A program made the translations under genes and the position numbers. A model generated the notes under the pieces. The model was not told the origin of the DNA. It saw only the letters and a program-made list of their open reading frames with translations, and did not search any database. Positions 13,525 through 29,891 of a stretch of DNA of 64,000 nucleotides are shown here, piece after piece (positions within the stretch are counted from its first letter, which is position 1; each line of letters opens with the position of its first letter). Origin of the DNA: Eledone cirrhosa (taxonomy: Eukaryota); contig OZ024742.1 in the NCBI GenBank assembly GCA_964016885.1, positions 7,502,001-7,566,000 of the forward strand, read 5' to 3'.

Positions 13525-15750
13525 AGGAAAATCGATGAAGTTTCGTTTACATATAATTCACTGAATCACATTATATATATGTTTGTGTGTGTGTGTATAT
13601 ATATATGACTCTGTACGTGAGTGTATAAATATATATATATATATATTAACATGTGTGCTTAATATACGATTAAAAGTATCGTTTTTTTTCTGTGATTATG
13701 TATCTCTGTATGTGTGTATTTTTAATCGTGTTTGAGTGTGTATACTTCTATGTGTATATACTTGTATGTGTGTATACTTCTATGCGTGTATACTTCTATG
13801 TATGTATATAAATCATATCGTTTACACAACGACTTCTAATACTAATAAAATAGGATATTATTGAAAATAACTTCCCAACTTTTACGTATATTTACCCTCG
13901 TGTAGATTCGATGCCGATCACTACTGCTATAAAAGAGACAGTATTTCATATGAAAAAAAAATAAAGTCTTTGATCTCAATTATTGATACGTTGTCTTCTA
14001 ACGAATCATTAATTATTTTTAAATGTTTGCCAGTTTTTGGCTTGTTTGTTAGTTGTTGGTATCGTTGTTGCTATTGCGTTTTATTTATTTTTCTCTTTTT
14101 TCTGTATTTGTTTTATATTTTGCTGCTCTGAATTTTTATCTTTTACAAATCCTTCATTCTAAAATCCCCCCCCCCACCCCAAAAAAAAATCAAAATTATT
14201 TTACCTTTTTCCTTACTCATATAGTTTCCTTATTTTATTTATTATTTTCATTGTTTTTTATGTTTTCGATTATTTCTATCTATCAACCTATCTATCGATA
14301 TTTATTCATTTACTTACTCAAAGCAAAATGTGATAAGTATGTTTAGATAGAAATGATAAACAAAAAAAGAAATCGGTTTTCGTCCAGTTTTATGACCACA
14401 TTTTCGTTGCCTTACACATTGATACTATTTTATTTTGCTATAAACATATTAATCTCATATTCAGCATTACCTTTTTTTGCCTCGAAAGTGTCTACTAAAA
14501 ACATTTTATATATTTCTGTATTATGTTTGCTTTTTGAATTTTTACAACTGCTTCACAAGACTCTTTCCTTCCCAAAACGATTTCCATCTATCGTTGTTGT
14601 GTATATTCCAACACCAACGATATTCCATTAATGAGATGTGAAGCCAGATTACAGGTATACTTTGCATTCCCTGCCACGAACTGAAATGGTGCAAATAGAG
14701 TCGTGTAAATAAATTTATTCTATTCGAAAATGTCCACATATCATTATGATTAATCACAACTATTACACTTGAGATGAAAGATTACGTAGGGTTTGAAAGT
14801 TATTAAGAGAGTTTGCGAGATCAGATGGTTCTCTTAAGCGACAAACGTTCTCTAAATACTTGGCCTCATAATCAGTTATCGCCTCTCTTGCCAATCTCGA
14901 AATAATCAGCAAAATCTACTTAACAAAGACTAGTCAAATTCAGAAGTAATATTCTGTGTGCTAGTGTCGCCAGTATGTAATTGAAAAGACAAGTGGTACT
15001 AGAGACTACGTCATACAACGGATGCCGCCTGATGAGTTACGCCTCACCTATACCAGCAACTGGAGCAACCTGTTTGATGTTTTTCTAAGAGAGACAGGGA
15101 TATGGTTTTGAAAGACATGTTTGTATTTAATTTATATATTTGTGGTATGTATATGAAGGGTCTGGTTGATGGATAAGATAATGGGTAGGATTAGGATTTT
15201 CAATTGTTTGAATTCTTGGATGACATAGAATTGGTTGATATTTGTTTAATTTCTTCTTAAAATAAAATATATTTTCCTCACAGTAACTTCTTTAACTTAC
15301 ATTCAAGATTATTCACTTTTCTTGTGTTTTATCAGTGGTCAGATTTCTAGGTGGATGTAAACTCTTATGTATTGTCATAACATGTGGATTTATGTCATAG
15401 ATATTGGTTAGACTTCCATCTCGCCCTATAATTAAGGTTCTTGAAAGCGGAACACTCACAATTGTTTCATCATGTTTAAAAAATTCGATTATGCTTTCAA
15501 TTTATTCCATGATTAGGCTTGGTAAATGTGTAGGATACAAATATATATTGAAAAGTAGAATATTATATATGAAATAAGTCAACAGTAAGTACAGTATGGG
15601 AGAACAATACAATGATATATATAAATATATATTAGTTTAACGCTTGAGATAGTGGAAGAATCTTAAGAAAACGGTAACAAATCTTTAGGAGGAAAACACG
15701 TTTGTAGATTGTGAATCATGTTAGGAATATTGATTGATAGTGTAAAATGT

Positions 15751-16023
15751 CTAAAGTCTGTCTTAAGCCAGAAGGCTCATTTGGCCGATGCTTATCCTGG
15801 TTTCATGGCGTGAAGCGACTGAGAGTACAAAACTCCCCCATGGACAAGACGCCAGTCCATCACAAGTTAAACCTATTGCTGGTACTCATTTTTAGCTGAG
15901 TATACTGGAGCAACATGAAATGAAGTGTTTTGCTCAAGAACACAACACGCAACTCAGGAATCGAACCCACAACATTATGATCGTAATTTCAACACCCTCA
16001 CCACTAAGCCACGTGCCTCCACC
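15751..16023 (-). mobile_element. tRNA-derived SINE with CORE-like central domain
   Basis: A box TGGCTTAGTGG, B box GGTTCGATTCC, then GTGTTCTTGAGCAAAACACTT...AAATGAGTACC. Confidence 0.85.
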
Positions 16024-16340
16024 TGTAGATGGATATCACAGTCCTATATAACAGCTTGCCTCTTCAATGGAACATTTCCAGCAATATCTGACAGATTTTC
16101 CTGAATATCACACATTACAGTCTTACACATTAACACATAATGTTGTCCGGGGACACATCTTAAGAGATATCGCCTCGGTTGTTCACAAGAGTAAAATTAA
16201 TTCCTAACGTAGTGAGTATTTCTCATATTTCCTTTCGGCACGGAAATTCAAAAATGTCATAACAAATTTTATATTTCATTTATTTGAAATAAGAGTTGAA
16301 GACTGTTCTCCCTCGACTAAAGTAAAAGTGAGCGCCACAA

Positions 16341-16396
<56 letters not shown>

Positions 16397-16853
16397 GACC
16401 GACCAGTCTGTCGGGCGCCATTCGGTGCCGCTGGTCACACCACATGCTGTTTTACCCATACGATGACGCCATCCCACTGGCTGGGCGGGCAGGCCGATAT
16501 ATATATATATAATCAGTGAAACAATTGTTAAGACTGTATATATTTAGTGAAACAATTGTTAAGACTGTAAATAAACCCCCTTTTTTGTATTGTTGACCAT
16601 GTTATTCTTCACCCTTTCAATATTATTACTCCAAGATAAACTTACATAGGAATACAAGAGAACTCATAAACCCGCCACCTACGGAAATCTCTTGTTGAGT
16701 CAAACGACGCCGTACGCTAAAACTATCCACAATATGGAGTATTCTCAACCTCTAACTGGATTACCTATAACGATATTTTGTTATCCCTTATATATATATA
16801 TATATATTTATACGATATTAAACAAATGGAAATTACATTTATAAAACCATATT

Positions 16854-16918
16854 TATTTCCTTATATATATTTCAGGGATATCATATTAAAATATGGTATG
16901 CCCTCTTCAGACAAAATA
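16854..16918 (-). ncRNA. Hammerhead ribozyme motif (left arm)
   Basis: Mirror of 19471-19535. Confidence 0.65.
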
Positions 16919-18255
16919 CAATATATAGACAGTTTTATAAATAAATTTGACATACCTTAGAGTTTACAACTTCCATTTAAAAAGTTCTTACGGTAGTGAA
17001 AATGTTAAGGACGGTTAGAAAAAAAAAAAAAACGACGGAGAAAAAAGGAAAAAAGGAAAAAGAAAAAGAAGGAGAAAAGAAAAAGAAAGAGCGGAAGGTG
17101 AAGAAGATGAAGAAATGTATGTAAAGAGAAAACCACCAAATGAGAGATCATTGAGGGAAGGGGTACTGTAATTATTCATTTGTTTATTTATTTATTTAGT
17201 GTTAAGGATACGGGGAGAAATAAAAACAAAAATAAATAAGGAGAGGTAGATCGAGTAATATCTATTATACGAGGTGGGAGAGATAGGGGAGGGGTGATAT
17301 ACAGGAGATAGAGTTAAAACAGCCGATATAAGAGTAGAGGGAGTAGGAGAGGAGATATACTTAGAAACAAAAATGATAGTTTTAAAATATTATGTTTCAT
17401 CAGTCTATCAATTCATATGAATTATAATGTAAACATCAATATTCATGAATGAGACACATATCAATAATGTGTGAAAAAATAGTGACTATATGTTTAGTTT
17501 AAAAATTCATAGGTTTATAATCAAAATCTGAGATAAAACCTCAAAAAATACTGGAATACATAAGTATATATGTATTTTCATGAAAAAAGAGAAAAGAGAA
17601 AGAAAAAGAGAAGGTTATCTCAAACTGACATTATAGACACATGCGAGTTTACATGATCAGCTCTGTAAATTTTTTATTTCACATGGAAATCTTCATTGCG
17701 TCAAAAAAATGTCTCCATACACATAAGTGTACATATATATATATATACATAAAATATACATTATTAATAATAATAATATTCTTGCCCTTTCTTACATGAT
17801 TATCGTACAAGCATAGAATAGAACAGATATCAATATATTAAAATATTAAAACGCCAAAAATACTTTCCTCCCCAGAATATCTAGGGCCGTAATAAAAACA
17901 CAGTGTGCCCAGCATATCAATCAATCCCTCCAATTTATTTGACAATATTGCCAAGTTTATTAGAAGCAATCAGAGTCAAAAGCAAACGAAACCAAAATTA
18001 TTCACCAAACTTATTTAGCAGAAATCATTAAAAAAAAACTTTAGGATACTCGGTTGTTCTACAGATGCTCTTATATTTATTCTAGAAGTTTATCTAGCTT
18101 AAAAATTGTATTCAATAGATTTGGATCATCATCGTTTTAAGGTAGTTTAATTACATTATTAATTATATATTCATGAAGAAGGTTTAAAGAATTGAAGGAA
18201 TCGAAAGATTTATCGCCAAGTTTTCCAAAATAATTAAAAGTCTTGAGTAAATATA

Positions 18256-18507
18256 TTACATTTTAAACTTATATTTATATTTAAAAGTTGAGTTCAATCT
18301 ATGTCTGCAGCAACTGAATAAATTGGTCTGTAAATTAAGGGAATTTTTAGATTTTAGTATAAAGAATATCTCCTCTGCGCAGAGGTCACATGTCTCAGAG
18401 GAGGAGTTAAAAGGAATCCCTCTTGAGACTATATTCCAAACCGTCGAATATCCAACGTTATCATGTTTAAGTTGCCAGAGTAAGCCTGATAGTGATGTTG
18501 AAGATTG
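18256..18507 (-). pseudogene. PLE GIY-YIG endonuclease C-terminal fragment (absent from the ORF track)
   Basis: Manual translation QSSTSLSGLLWQLKHDNVGYSTVWNIVSRGIPFNSSSETCDLCAEEIFFILKSKNSLNLQTNLFSCCRHR..., colinear with the ends of ORFs 19942-20631 and 35494-36342. Confidence 0.85.
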
Positions 18508-19470
18508 CTAGATATTCTGGGGAGGAAAGTATTCTTGGCGTTTTAATATTTTAATATATTGATATCTGTTCTATTCTATGCTTGTACGATAATCATGTAA
18601 GAAAGGGCAAGAATATTATTATTATTAATAATGTATATTTTATGTATATATATATTTATGTACACTTATGTGTATGGAAACATTTTTTTGACGCAATGAA
18701 GATTTCCATGTGAAATAAAAATTTACAGAGCTGATCATGTAAACTCGCATGTGTCTATAATGTCAGTTTGAGATAACCTTCTCTTTTTCTTTCTCTTTTC
18801 TCTTTTTTCATGAAAATACATATATACTTATGTATTCCAGTATTTTTTGAGGTTTTATCTCAGATTTTGATTATAAACCTATGAATTTTTAAACTAAACA
18901 TATAGTCACTATTTTTTCACACATTATTGATATGTGTCCCATTCATGAATATTGATGTTTACATTATAATTCATATGAATTGATAGACTGATGAAACATA
19001 ATATTTTAAAACTATCATTTTTGTTTCTAAGTATATCTCCTCTCCTACTCCCTCTACTCTTATATCGGCTGTTTTAACTCTATCTCCTGTATATCACCCC
19101 TCCCCTATCTCTCCCACCTCGTATAATAGATATTACTCGATCTACCTCTCCTTATTTATTTTTGTTTTTATTTCTCCCCGTATCCTTAACACTAAATAAA
19201 TAAATAAACAAATGAATAATTACAGTACCCCTTCCCTCATTGATCTCTCATTTGGTGGTTTTCTCTTTACATACATTTCTTCATCTTCTTCACCTTCCGC
19301 TCTTTCTTTTTCTTTTCTCCTTCTTTTTCTTTTTCCTTTTTTCCTTTTTTCTCCGTCGTTTTTTTTCTTTCTAACCGTTCATAAAATTTTCACTACCGTA
19401 ACAACTTTTTAAATGGAAGTTGTAAACTCTAAGGTATGTCAAATTTATTTATAAAACTGTCTATATATTG

Positions 19471-19535
19471 TATTTTGTCTGAAGAGGGCATACCATATTT
19501 TAATATGATATCCCTGAAATATATATAAGGAAATA
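19471..19535 (+). ncRNA. Hammerhead ribozyme motif (right arm)
   Basis: TATTTTGT-CTGAAGA-GGGCATACCATAT ttta ATATGATATCCC-T-GAAA-TATATA-T-A-AGGAAATA. Palindromic stem III; stem I has one mismatch. Confidence 0.65.
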
Positions 19536-19659
19536 AATATGGTTTTATAAATGTAATTTCCATTTGTTTAATATCGTAAAATACTCCAAAACCTGTTTAG
19601 TGCTTTTATATCAGTTATAAAATATTTACTCGTTGTAACCCAACATTTTAAATAAAACT

Positions 19660-19695
<36 letters not shown>

Positions 19696-19941
19696 AATAT
19701 ATACACACATAAATATATTTCTATATCATACATAGATGTTTATTTTCACTCATGCAAATACGGGTGGTTGTGTATCTTGTTGCCTTTAGTCATTAACGCA
19801 TAAATCTAAGGAAGCTAAAACATTAAAAGGCAAAAATAAGCATGATTGCATATAATTAGGGGAAAGAGGTACTAATAAATATTATTCTATACGGAATTAT
19901 AGCGAGTTGCTGTTTAGAATATTTAATTAGATTTATAGTAT

Positions 19942-21468
19942 TTAATTAGGTTTGTAGTATTTAAATGTTTTTCGTATACGGTGATTACAGACTATGATCA
20001 ATTCCTGTCTTTTATTTAATAAATCGTCCTTAGATTTAGTAATTTCCAAGATCTCTCTTGAACATAATCCACATTCTCTCCTGTTCCCAAGATATGGAGT
20101 TTTTTGTAGAATGGTGTTCCACGATAACTTAAAATCTATATTTTTCTTTTTATAATTATTTACCGCTTCAGCTAAAGATGTGGTGTTTGCTAGTTTAGTA
20201 TTGTTGAAACTACTAGAGTGTGCGTAAAATCTTTTCTTAAATGTGTTTGATGTAGATCCTATATATGTTTTGTTGGAGTCTATAGTAGACACAGTGCATT
20301 TATATACTACATTATTAATCAGACAGTTTCCATTTAAGGGGCAAATGCTTCTATTTCTGCAATTACAGCCATACGTAAGATGGTTTGGGGTGTGGGGGGT
20401 ACCTATACTATTCTCATTTATTCTTGAGCTATTTCTATTGTAATTAATGTTAGCAGGAGAATGAAGGTTGCTTTGTGGGTGGTTTGGTGTTAGAGTTGTA
20501 TTGTAATTTTGTGTTCTGTTGTTTTTGTGTTGGTGATTTGGATGGTTGTGTTTTCTAGGTTGAAGGATTGTATTATTTGTCTTTTTAAAAGGTGCAGTCC
20601 TGTTTAAATTATGTTGCGGTGGTGTAGTCATATTATTTTAAAGTTTATAAATGTTGTATTTGCTTATTTTTTGTTTGAGATCGTTTGATGTAGAGTATGA
20701 GAATTTAACAGTATATTTGTTAAATATTTGGTGGTATCTGTGGTTTGGTGGAAAATGTTTATGTAGTATTTCAAAGAATTTTTGGGGGATTTGTCCAATA
20801 GTTTGCAGGTTGAAGGTTGCGTTGTACCATGTTATGTTTCTTTTGCGGTTTTTAGTTAAGTTTTTTTATTATCCCTTATATTATTGTGTTGTGTTCTAGA
20901 AGAGTTCCTATGTTTAGTGTCCTTATTTGTGGAATTTGGTAAATCATCGTGGTTGTATTTGGTGTTATTTTGGGGTAGGTTATGAGATTTTGAGTGCTTG
21001 GTATTCAAATGTGGCTTGATAACATTGGTCATAGATCGTGTAGTAATAGTTGTTGTGGTTTTTTGGTTGTTTGGTGTAATAGGAATAACCACTTTAGGTA
21101 TTTGTTTCAATGGTATTTTTTGGTGTTTGTAGTTTTTGTTAGGTTTTATGTTTTGGTCCATAGTAGTGTTGGGGATATATGAGATTTTTTCTTTATATCC
21201 ACTTCTAGTTAAGGCATCATTATAGAAGGGTGCATTATTATAAAATATATCTTCATTGGAAGATAATTTAGAAAGTCTAAGTGAAATGTTATATAATAAG
21301 TTCTTGAGTATAGAGCCTGGGTGGTTAGATCGTGAATGTACATAATGTAGATTCTGGTTAGGTTTCTGGTATGGTTGATAAGTATTCGTAGAGAGATCTA
21401 AGGTAACATCAAGGAAATTAGCTACTTTTGAAGTGTTTTCAAAGGTGATGTTAAGGCTGTAACTGAGT
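19942..21468 (-). pseudogene. Penelope-like (Neptune-type) RT C-terminus/thumb plus GIY-YIG endonuclease, frameshifted and 5' truncated
   Basis: NFLDVTLDL, YVHSRSNHP, ITWYN, Cys linker CNCRNRSICPLNGNC, VVY...YIGST, FKKRFYAH, CGLCSRE, LLNKRQE. Confidence 0.92.
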
Positions 21469-21469
21469 A

Positions 21470-21690
21470 TAGATACAATTTATTATCACCATCTAGAAAC
21501 GATCGTAAAGCAGTATATCTCTAATGACTTGATTTTTTATTTCATTGTTTTAACTTATATCATGACTCTGTTTTCCTTTTAATGTTTTATTGTTTTCTGA
21601 GATTTATCTTAACCTACAACATTTTTAACATATGGATTACATTGAGTTCTTCATACAGAATAGACCCCACAACTTACAGTGGATACCTAT
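21470..21690 (+). mobile_element. Inverted pLTR fragment at the 5' junction of the PLE, starting inside an HHR
   Basis: TAGAT...ATCTA-GAAA-CGATCG-T-A. Shares GGATTACATTGAGTTCTTCATAC with 53810-53835 (minus) and GAAACGATCGTAAA with about 54524. Confidence 0.6.
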
Positions 21691-23150
<1,460 letters not shown>

Positions 23151-23178
23151 GTAAGGATTCTATACAAAACAGTGGATA

Positions 23179-24596
<1,418 letters not shown>

Positions 24597-25288
24597 CATA
24601 ATCGGAGAAAGCGAATAGCGATGCTCTGGCCAAATTCCAACTCACTCAACAAACATTAGGAAATACCTGAGTATATTCCCAATTAAACGTTTGGGGTGCT
24701 AACTAATTGTATTGTGTGGAGAATTGGCTGTATCATTTCATATGAGATATATCAAATATATCCCTTCCCAGACGACTCGTTTCATTATAAGATTTCTACA
24801 AGTTGGGTGAAATTATACCAAATTATGTAGAAGCTTGTATAAGATCAACAGATACTTATTCAAGTGCGCTCTTATAAATCTTCAGTGGATGCCCAATAAT
24901 ATTAATATTGATAACCAAATCAACATCAATATTTAGTGATAATCACCATCAGTGCTTGGGGGAGCTGCTATGTTGTTAGTCCAGCAGTTCTAAAGAAAAT
25001 CTCACACTGTCCCGAAAATAGGAGGAACGAGACTACCACCAAAAACAATACATGCGCAGGTCGTTGAACTCTGACAAGAATTCAAGCCACGTTCTAAGAA
25101 CTCAATTGGATATGAAAAAATAACCATATGTGCGCATCGCTTAATGACACAGATATTTTCTCGGGCAAAATAACAGAATGAGATACAAGAACAAACAATC
25201 AATATTCATATAAAAAATAAACAAAGAGAGTCATATCTTATATCGGGAAAGTTCATATCTGTTGCTCCAAGAGTAAATATATAAATAC

Positions 25289-25393
25289 ATTGTTATAATA
25301 ATATCTAAACATAGAAATGACCCAGCAGATAGGCAAATCAGAGAGGCCAGTGAAATAGAACTTAGAAGGCCAAAGCTAAACAGAAAGATATGA
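25289..25393 (+). pseudogene. Decayed PLE GIY-YIG C-terminus
   Basis: Manual translation IVIIISKHRNDPADRQIREASEIELRRPKLNRKI, followed by a 3' region carrying an HHR. Confidence 0.6.
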
Positions 25394-25677
25394 ATGGAAT
25401 AACAACAACACCCAAACAAACAATACTGACCTAAGAGAAACATAAATAAATAAATAAATAAATATATACACGAGCACAAAAATAACAAACACATATAAAC
25501 ACACACTAGTAAACTAAGATAGAATACAATAACCAAAACACAGTAGCCCAAACGCGAACCCACATCAAACACACGCAAACGCATGCGCAGAGAAGACAAA
25601 AATAAATAAATAATTAAATAAACAGATTAAATAAAGATGGCGTAGACATACAATACAACAGGAGGAAACATAATAGC

Positions 25678-25719
25678 ACCACTGACGATGTTGCAGATGT
25701 GCAACGAAAGAACTTTGTT
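25678..25719 (+). ncRNA. Hammerhead ribozyme, relative of the 22756 family
   Basis: ACCA-CTGACGA-T-GTTGCA gatg TGCAAC-GAAA-GAAC-T-T-TGTT. Flanks AAGATGGCGTAG and ATGACCCTCCC are shared with the 22.7 kb element. Confidence 0.75.
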
Positions 25720-27340
25720 AGACTATATATATGTGTTTGTGTCTATATTGTTTCTGTACTTTTGACCGTTGGTCAGTCAATGGTAACATTGAGGACCGAA
25801 TAAATTGACTGATATAAAAGATACAGAAGCGAAAACCAACCAAACAGTGACTGTGTTCTGTTATTAATGCTGGGAATATTATTACAACAATATGACCCTC
25901 CCCAAGTATAACAATATTTGTTTCGACACACGATTTCATATTAAAAACCTCGCAAAACAAATATATATATATATATATATACATATGTTCGACCGCCCCC
26001 CTCCCCCCACACTTATCCCCCACTAACACCACTAACACACCCCTCCTTTTCACCGCCCACCCCACACTAACAATACTAACACCTCCACTCCACCCCTCAT
26101 CTGACCACCCTTCCCCAACTAACATACTAACATCCGTTCCCTCCCCTCTTCTCCTCCTCCCCCTCCTTATCACACGCACACACGCACCCACTTACACCAC
26201 CCACCCCACACGCAACTAACATCACTAACACCCTCCAACCCCACGCACACGTACCCACACACCCTCGTACACCACCAACTCTACACACCCTACCCCCACT
26301 AACTCCCACTCACACCTGCATTCCACCCCTCCCCACCTCCCGTATACTAACACCCACTAACACCTCTTCACCAAACTACACACACCAGTACACCACACTC
26401 CCTCCATAGAACCACACACACCCTTCTCTCCCCGCTCCACACTCACTCATCCCACTAACACCCCTACTAATACACACACACACACACACACACCCTCCTC
26501 ACTCCAACTCTCACACCTACCCATCCTCGCCTCCCTACCATTCCGCCGACTGCTGCTATGCCCTTCCGACCACTGTCTTAACACCAACTGACCACAGCAC
26601 TCCCACTGCTGACCACTTCCTGTTGCGCGCGCACCCGACATCTCTCCTCTTCCGACCACCGCTTCTTGGATTACCCACACGCGATATTGACTTCTAACCA
26701 AAATCTCCACAAATCCGTGGAACTTACCAACTTTTCAACCATCCTCTTACACCATCACCTATATAACTCACCCCCCCCCCCCCAATTTTGTTTTTCTATC
26801 CCCACGCCACCCACACCCACAACACGCTTAAACCACACACACGTGCTTCCCACCACATATTTACACCCTCAGCCTCCTGATTCCTCTCCCCCACCCCCTA
26901 TCCACACACGCACAGACACTCCGACCCACAAAAACACCCCCCACACACACCTTCCTGAACATGCAACCCCGTTCTTCCCCCAACCCTCACTTTCACATAC
27001 ACACACACACACACACGCACACCTAACCACACACACCACCTTCAGCCCTCCCCGCTCGGACACTCCATCTCCCTCTCCCCACTCCACCCGCCACCACCCC
27101 TACTCACCCCACACCCTTCCACCACCTGTTTACCCCCCTTTTAATTTCAGTTTATTTTGATCATGCCTTTATTTTTAAATTTTCTCATTCCTTGTATTTT
27201 GATCATGCTTTATTTTTATTTATTATTTATTATATTTTTTGTCTTTATTTGTTAATTTTTCATTCGCACCGTTTCCTTTCGCTATATGTCTCTCCACCAC
27301 TCCCCTACACACCTTTTGAACTCTGTTCCCACACACTTCT

Positions 27341-27374
27341 CACCTGAAGAAGGGCTTATGCCCGAAACGTCGTC
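27341..27374 (+). ncRNA. Minimal hammerhead ribozyme at the end of a C-rich PLE-like 3' region (about 25990-27465)
   Basis: CAC-CTGAAGA-A-GGGC ttat GCCC-GAAA-CG-T-C-GT (GUC site; stem I only 2 bp), then AATAAA and (TA)n. Confidence 0.7.
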
Positions 27375-27461
27375 CCCCACATACCCCCCACTCTCCTGAG
27401 CGTGAATTTAATAAACATTTATCGTACTGCCTCTCTGTTCTGTCCCTGTTCAATTTTTCAT

Positions 27462-27493
<32 letters not shown>

Positions 27494-27675
27494 GAGAGAG
27501 CGAAAGAGAGATATATATAAATATACACGGGTGTGTAAGATTGTGTATAGAAGATTATATTAATAAAAGGAATTCCAACTTTGTCTGATTTACTCGTTTT
27601 ATTTACAATCCTTTAACATTTATAATGGTATTATAATGAAATAATATGGTAGAGTATTAAATGTTAAGTGTTAAT

Positions 27676-27714
27676 TGAAGAAGTACTTTCATGCTTTCGC
27701 AATCTTCAGGTTCA
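27676..27714 (-). ncRNA. Hammerhead motif next to a 60-bp perfect hairpin (27720-27779)
   Basis: TGAAC-CTGAAGA-T-TGC gaaa GCA-T-GAAA-GTAC-T-T-CTTCA; palindromic AGTACT stem III. Confidence 0.65.
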
Positions 27715-27779
27715 TATTCTGTGGTGACAGTCAAGTTTGCAATTTTCAACTGAAAATTGCAAACTTGACTGTCACCACA

Positions 27780-27851
27780 ATTGTATTGCAATGTATTGTA
27801 ATGTTCACGCCATTTTTATTTCATTTTTTTTAAATTTATTTATTTATGTAT

Positions 27852-27890
<39 letters not shown>

Positions 27891-28310
27891 TTTGTCTCCG
27901 TCTCTGCGCATGCCTTTGCGTGTATGTGCTTTGAGTGTATGTGTTTTTTTTTTGTACTGTATCTTTGTTTACTAGTGTGTGTTTATATGTGTTTGTTGTT
28001 ATTGTACTTGTGTATATATTGTTGTACTTGTGTATATATTTATTTAAATAAATATATACATGATAATAGTACCACTGATAATGTTGCAGATGTGCAACGA
28101 AAGAACTTTGTTAGACAATATATATATATTTATATCTGTATTTTTAATCGATGGTCAGTCAATGATAAACGTTGATTGCCAAATAAATTAACTGTGGTTA
28201 ATATAAAAGATACAGAAGCGAAAACCAATCCAAACCAAACAGTGTGTTCTGTTATTTCTGGCAATATTATTACAACAGTATGACCCTCCCCAACTATAAC
28301 TATATATATA
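27780..28310. mobile_element. Fold-back copy of the 25.4-25.96 kb PLE 3' region
   Basis: 27780-28050 is inverted relative to about 25440-25660. 28060-28310 is direct, with an HHR at 28071-28112 carrying CTGATAA (G8 to A). Confidence 0.7.
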
Positions 28311-28317
28311 TATACTA

Positions 28318-28391
<74 letters not shown>

Positions 28392-28484
28392 GGTGGGTGT
28401 AAGTATATATGTAGATACATTGGCGCACCTGTGCATGTTTGCATTATGTTTGCTATTGATCCTATACAGTTTTCTAAGAACAGT

Positions 28485-28680
28485 AATAATTGTTTCTACA
28501 TTTGGCATAAGGCCAGCAAGCAATTACCCAGTGCATTACTGGTACTTTATTGTATCGACCCCGTAAGGTTTAAAGGCAAAGTTAACCTCGGCGGGATTTG
28601 AACTCAGAATGGCAAGAGCCGCAACTCTATGCGTCAAAGCATGGCGTCCGACCCTCTACCGATACTGCCAATCCACCCAG
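28485..28680 (-). mobile_element. Octopod-type tRNA-derived SINE
   Basis: TGGCAGTATCGG A box, GAGTTCAAATCCC B box, GCCGAGGTTAACTTTGCCTTT...GGGGTCGAT body, (TTA)n tail. Confidence 0.85.
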
Positions 28681-29802
28681 TAATAATGTTTTGTTGATAG
28701 CCATGTGCTGCAAGTCCAACAGTAAAGACTTCCCCCCAATAATGTAAAGTAATGGATGTAATGGACAGATACAAAGGTGGATGTGAAAAGAATCAGAATA
28801 ATTTACTGTGCACACCGTGGGGCGAAATATTTACGAGATCTAATAGAATACTTCATTTTAATATCTATCTCACCTCACAACTCTGCATGTGAGATGGATT
28901 GTAAGCTGAGTGTATCAAATGGTAGGCAGGGAACCGAATCCAGTTGATTGAAGAACAAATATATATCAATATATATTCCCACCAATATCCATTTGATTGC
29001 AAATAAATTTCTATAATTAATTGAAAAAGCGATTAATAAAATGGCTTATTGACAATAATGTTGATATATTGCAGATGTGATAAATCATTATATGGGCTTG
29101 ATTGATAAACTGTGAAAAACTACATCTGGCTGCACATGACCTGGTATTTATTTAATAGCAAAGAACTTCATATAACTTTCATATAGATACATGTGTGCTG
29201 CTGTTACTGTATACACAATCTGTAATAGAGAGAATCTGATGTACACACTCATAAGTATGTAGTTATCTTGAGATTATACACTTACTCTAGCATATACAAA
29301 CATGTGTGGAGAGGCTGCGACCTATTGGAGGTATAGCGATTGTGGGGAAAATAATATATGGAAGTGTATATGTGGAGGTTAGTTTGTGTGTGTGTGAGTG
29401 CGTGTGTGTGTGTGTTTGTATGTGGAGGTTTGTGTGTGTGCGTGAGTGTGTGTGTGTTTGTGTGTGTAGGTGATGGTGTTTGTTTGTGTGTATGTGTGTG
29501 TGTATGTGCGGGTTTTTGTTTGTGTGTGTGTGAGTGTGTGTGTATGTGGAGGTTTGTTTGTGTGTGTGTGAGTTTGTGTGTGTAGGTGCAGGGGTTTGTT
29601 TGTGTGTACATGGAAACAATATAATTTTATATCTAGATTATGTATGTGTGTTTGTTTGTGTGTATGTGAGCGTGTCATTGTGTGTGTCTTTATGTGATTA
29701 TGTGTATTTTATGTGTGGGGGTTTATGTCCTTGTATCATGTGTGTTTGTGTGTATATATGTATATATGTTTGTTTTAGAGTGTGTATCTAGAAAGATACA
29801 GG

Positions 29803-29890
<88 letters not shown>

Positions 29891-29891
<1 letters not shown>

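Larger units (their letters stand above)
16807..19665 (-). mobile_element. 5'-truncated Penelope-like element with about 1.07-kb inverted arms
   Basis: 16811-17884 is the reverse complement of 18508-19578. The spacer holds a GIY-YIG C-terminus. The right arm continues to AATAAA and (TA)n at about 19651-19690. Confidence 0.88.

Noticed and set aside
15029-15060. CTGATGA as a hammerhead core
   Set aside because: No stem II or GAAA at a suitable distance.
15940-16020. tRNA gene
   Set aside because: The A and B boxes continue into a SINE body and there is no complete cloverleaf.
26447-27160. Pro/His/Thr-rich ORFs in the C-rich tract
   Set aside because: Low-complexity sequence; a faint GIY-YIG-like remnant near 26570-26745 is too weak to call.
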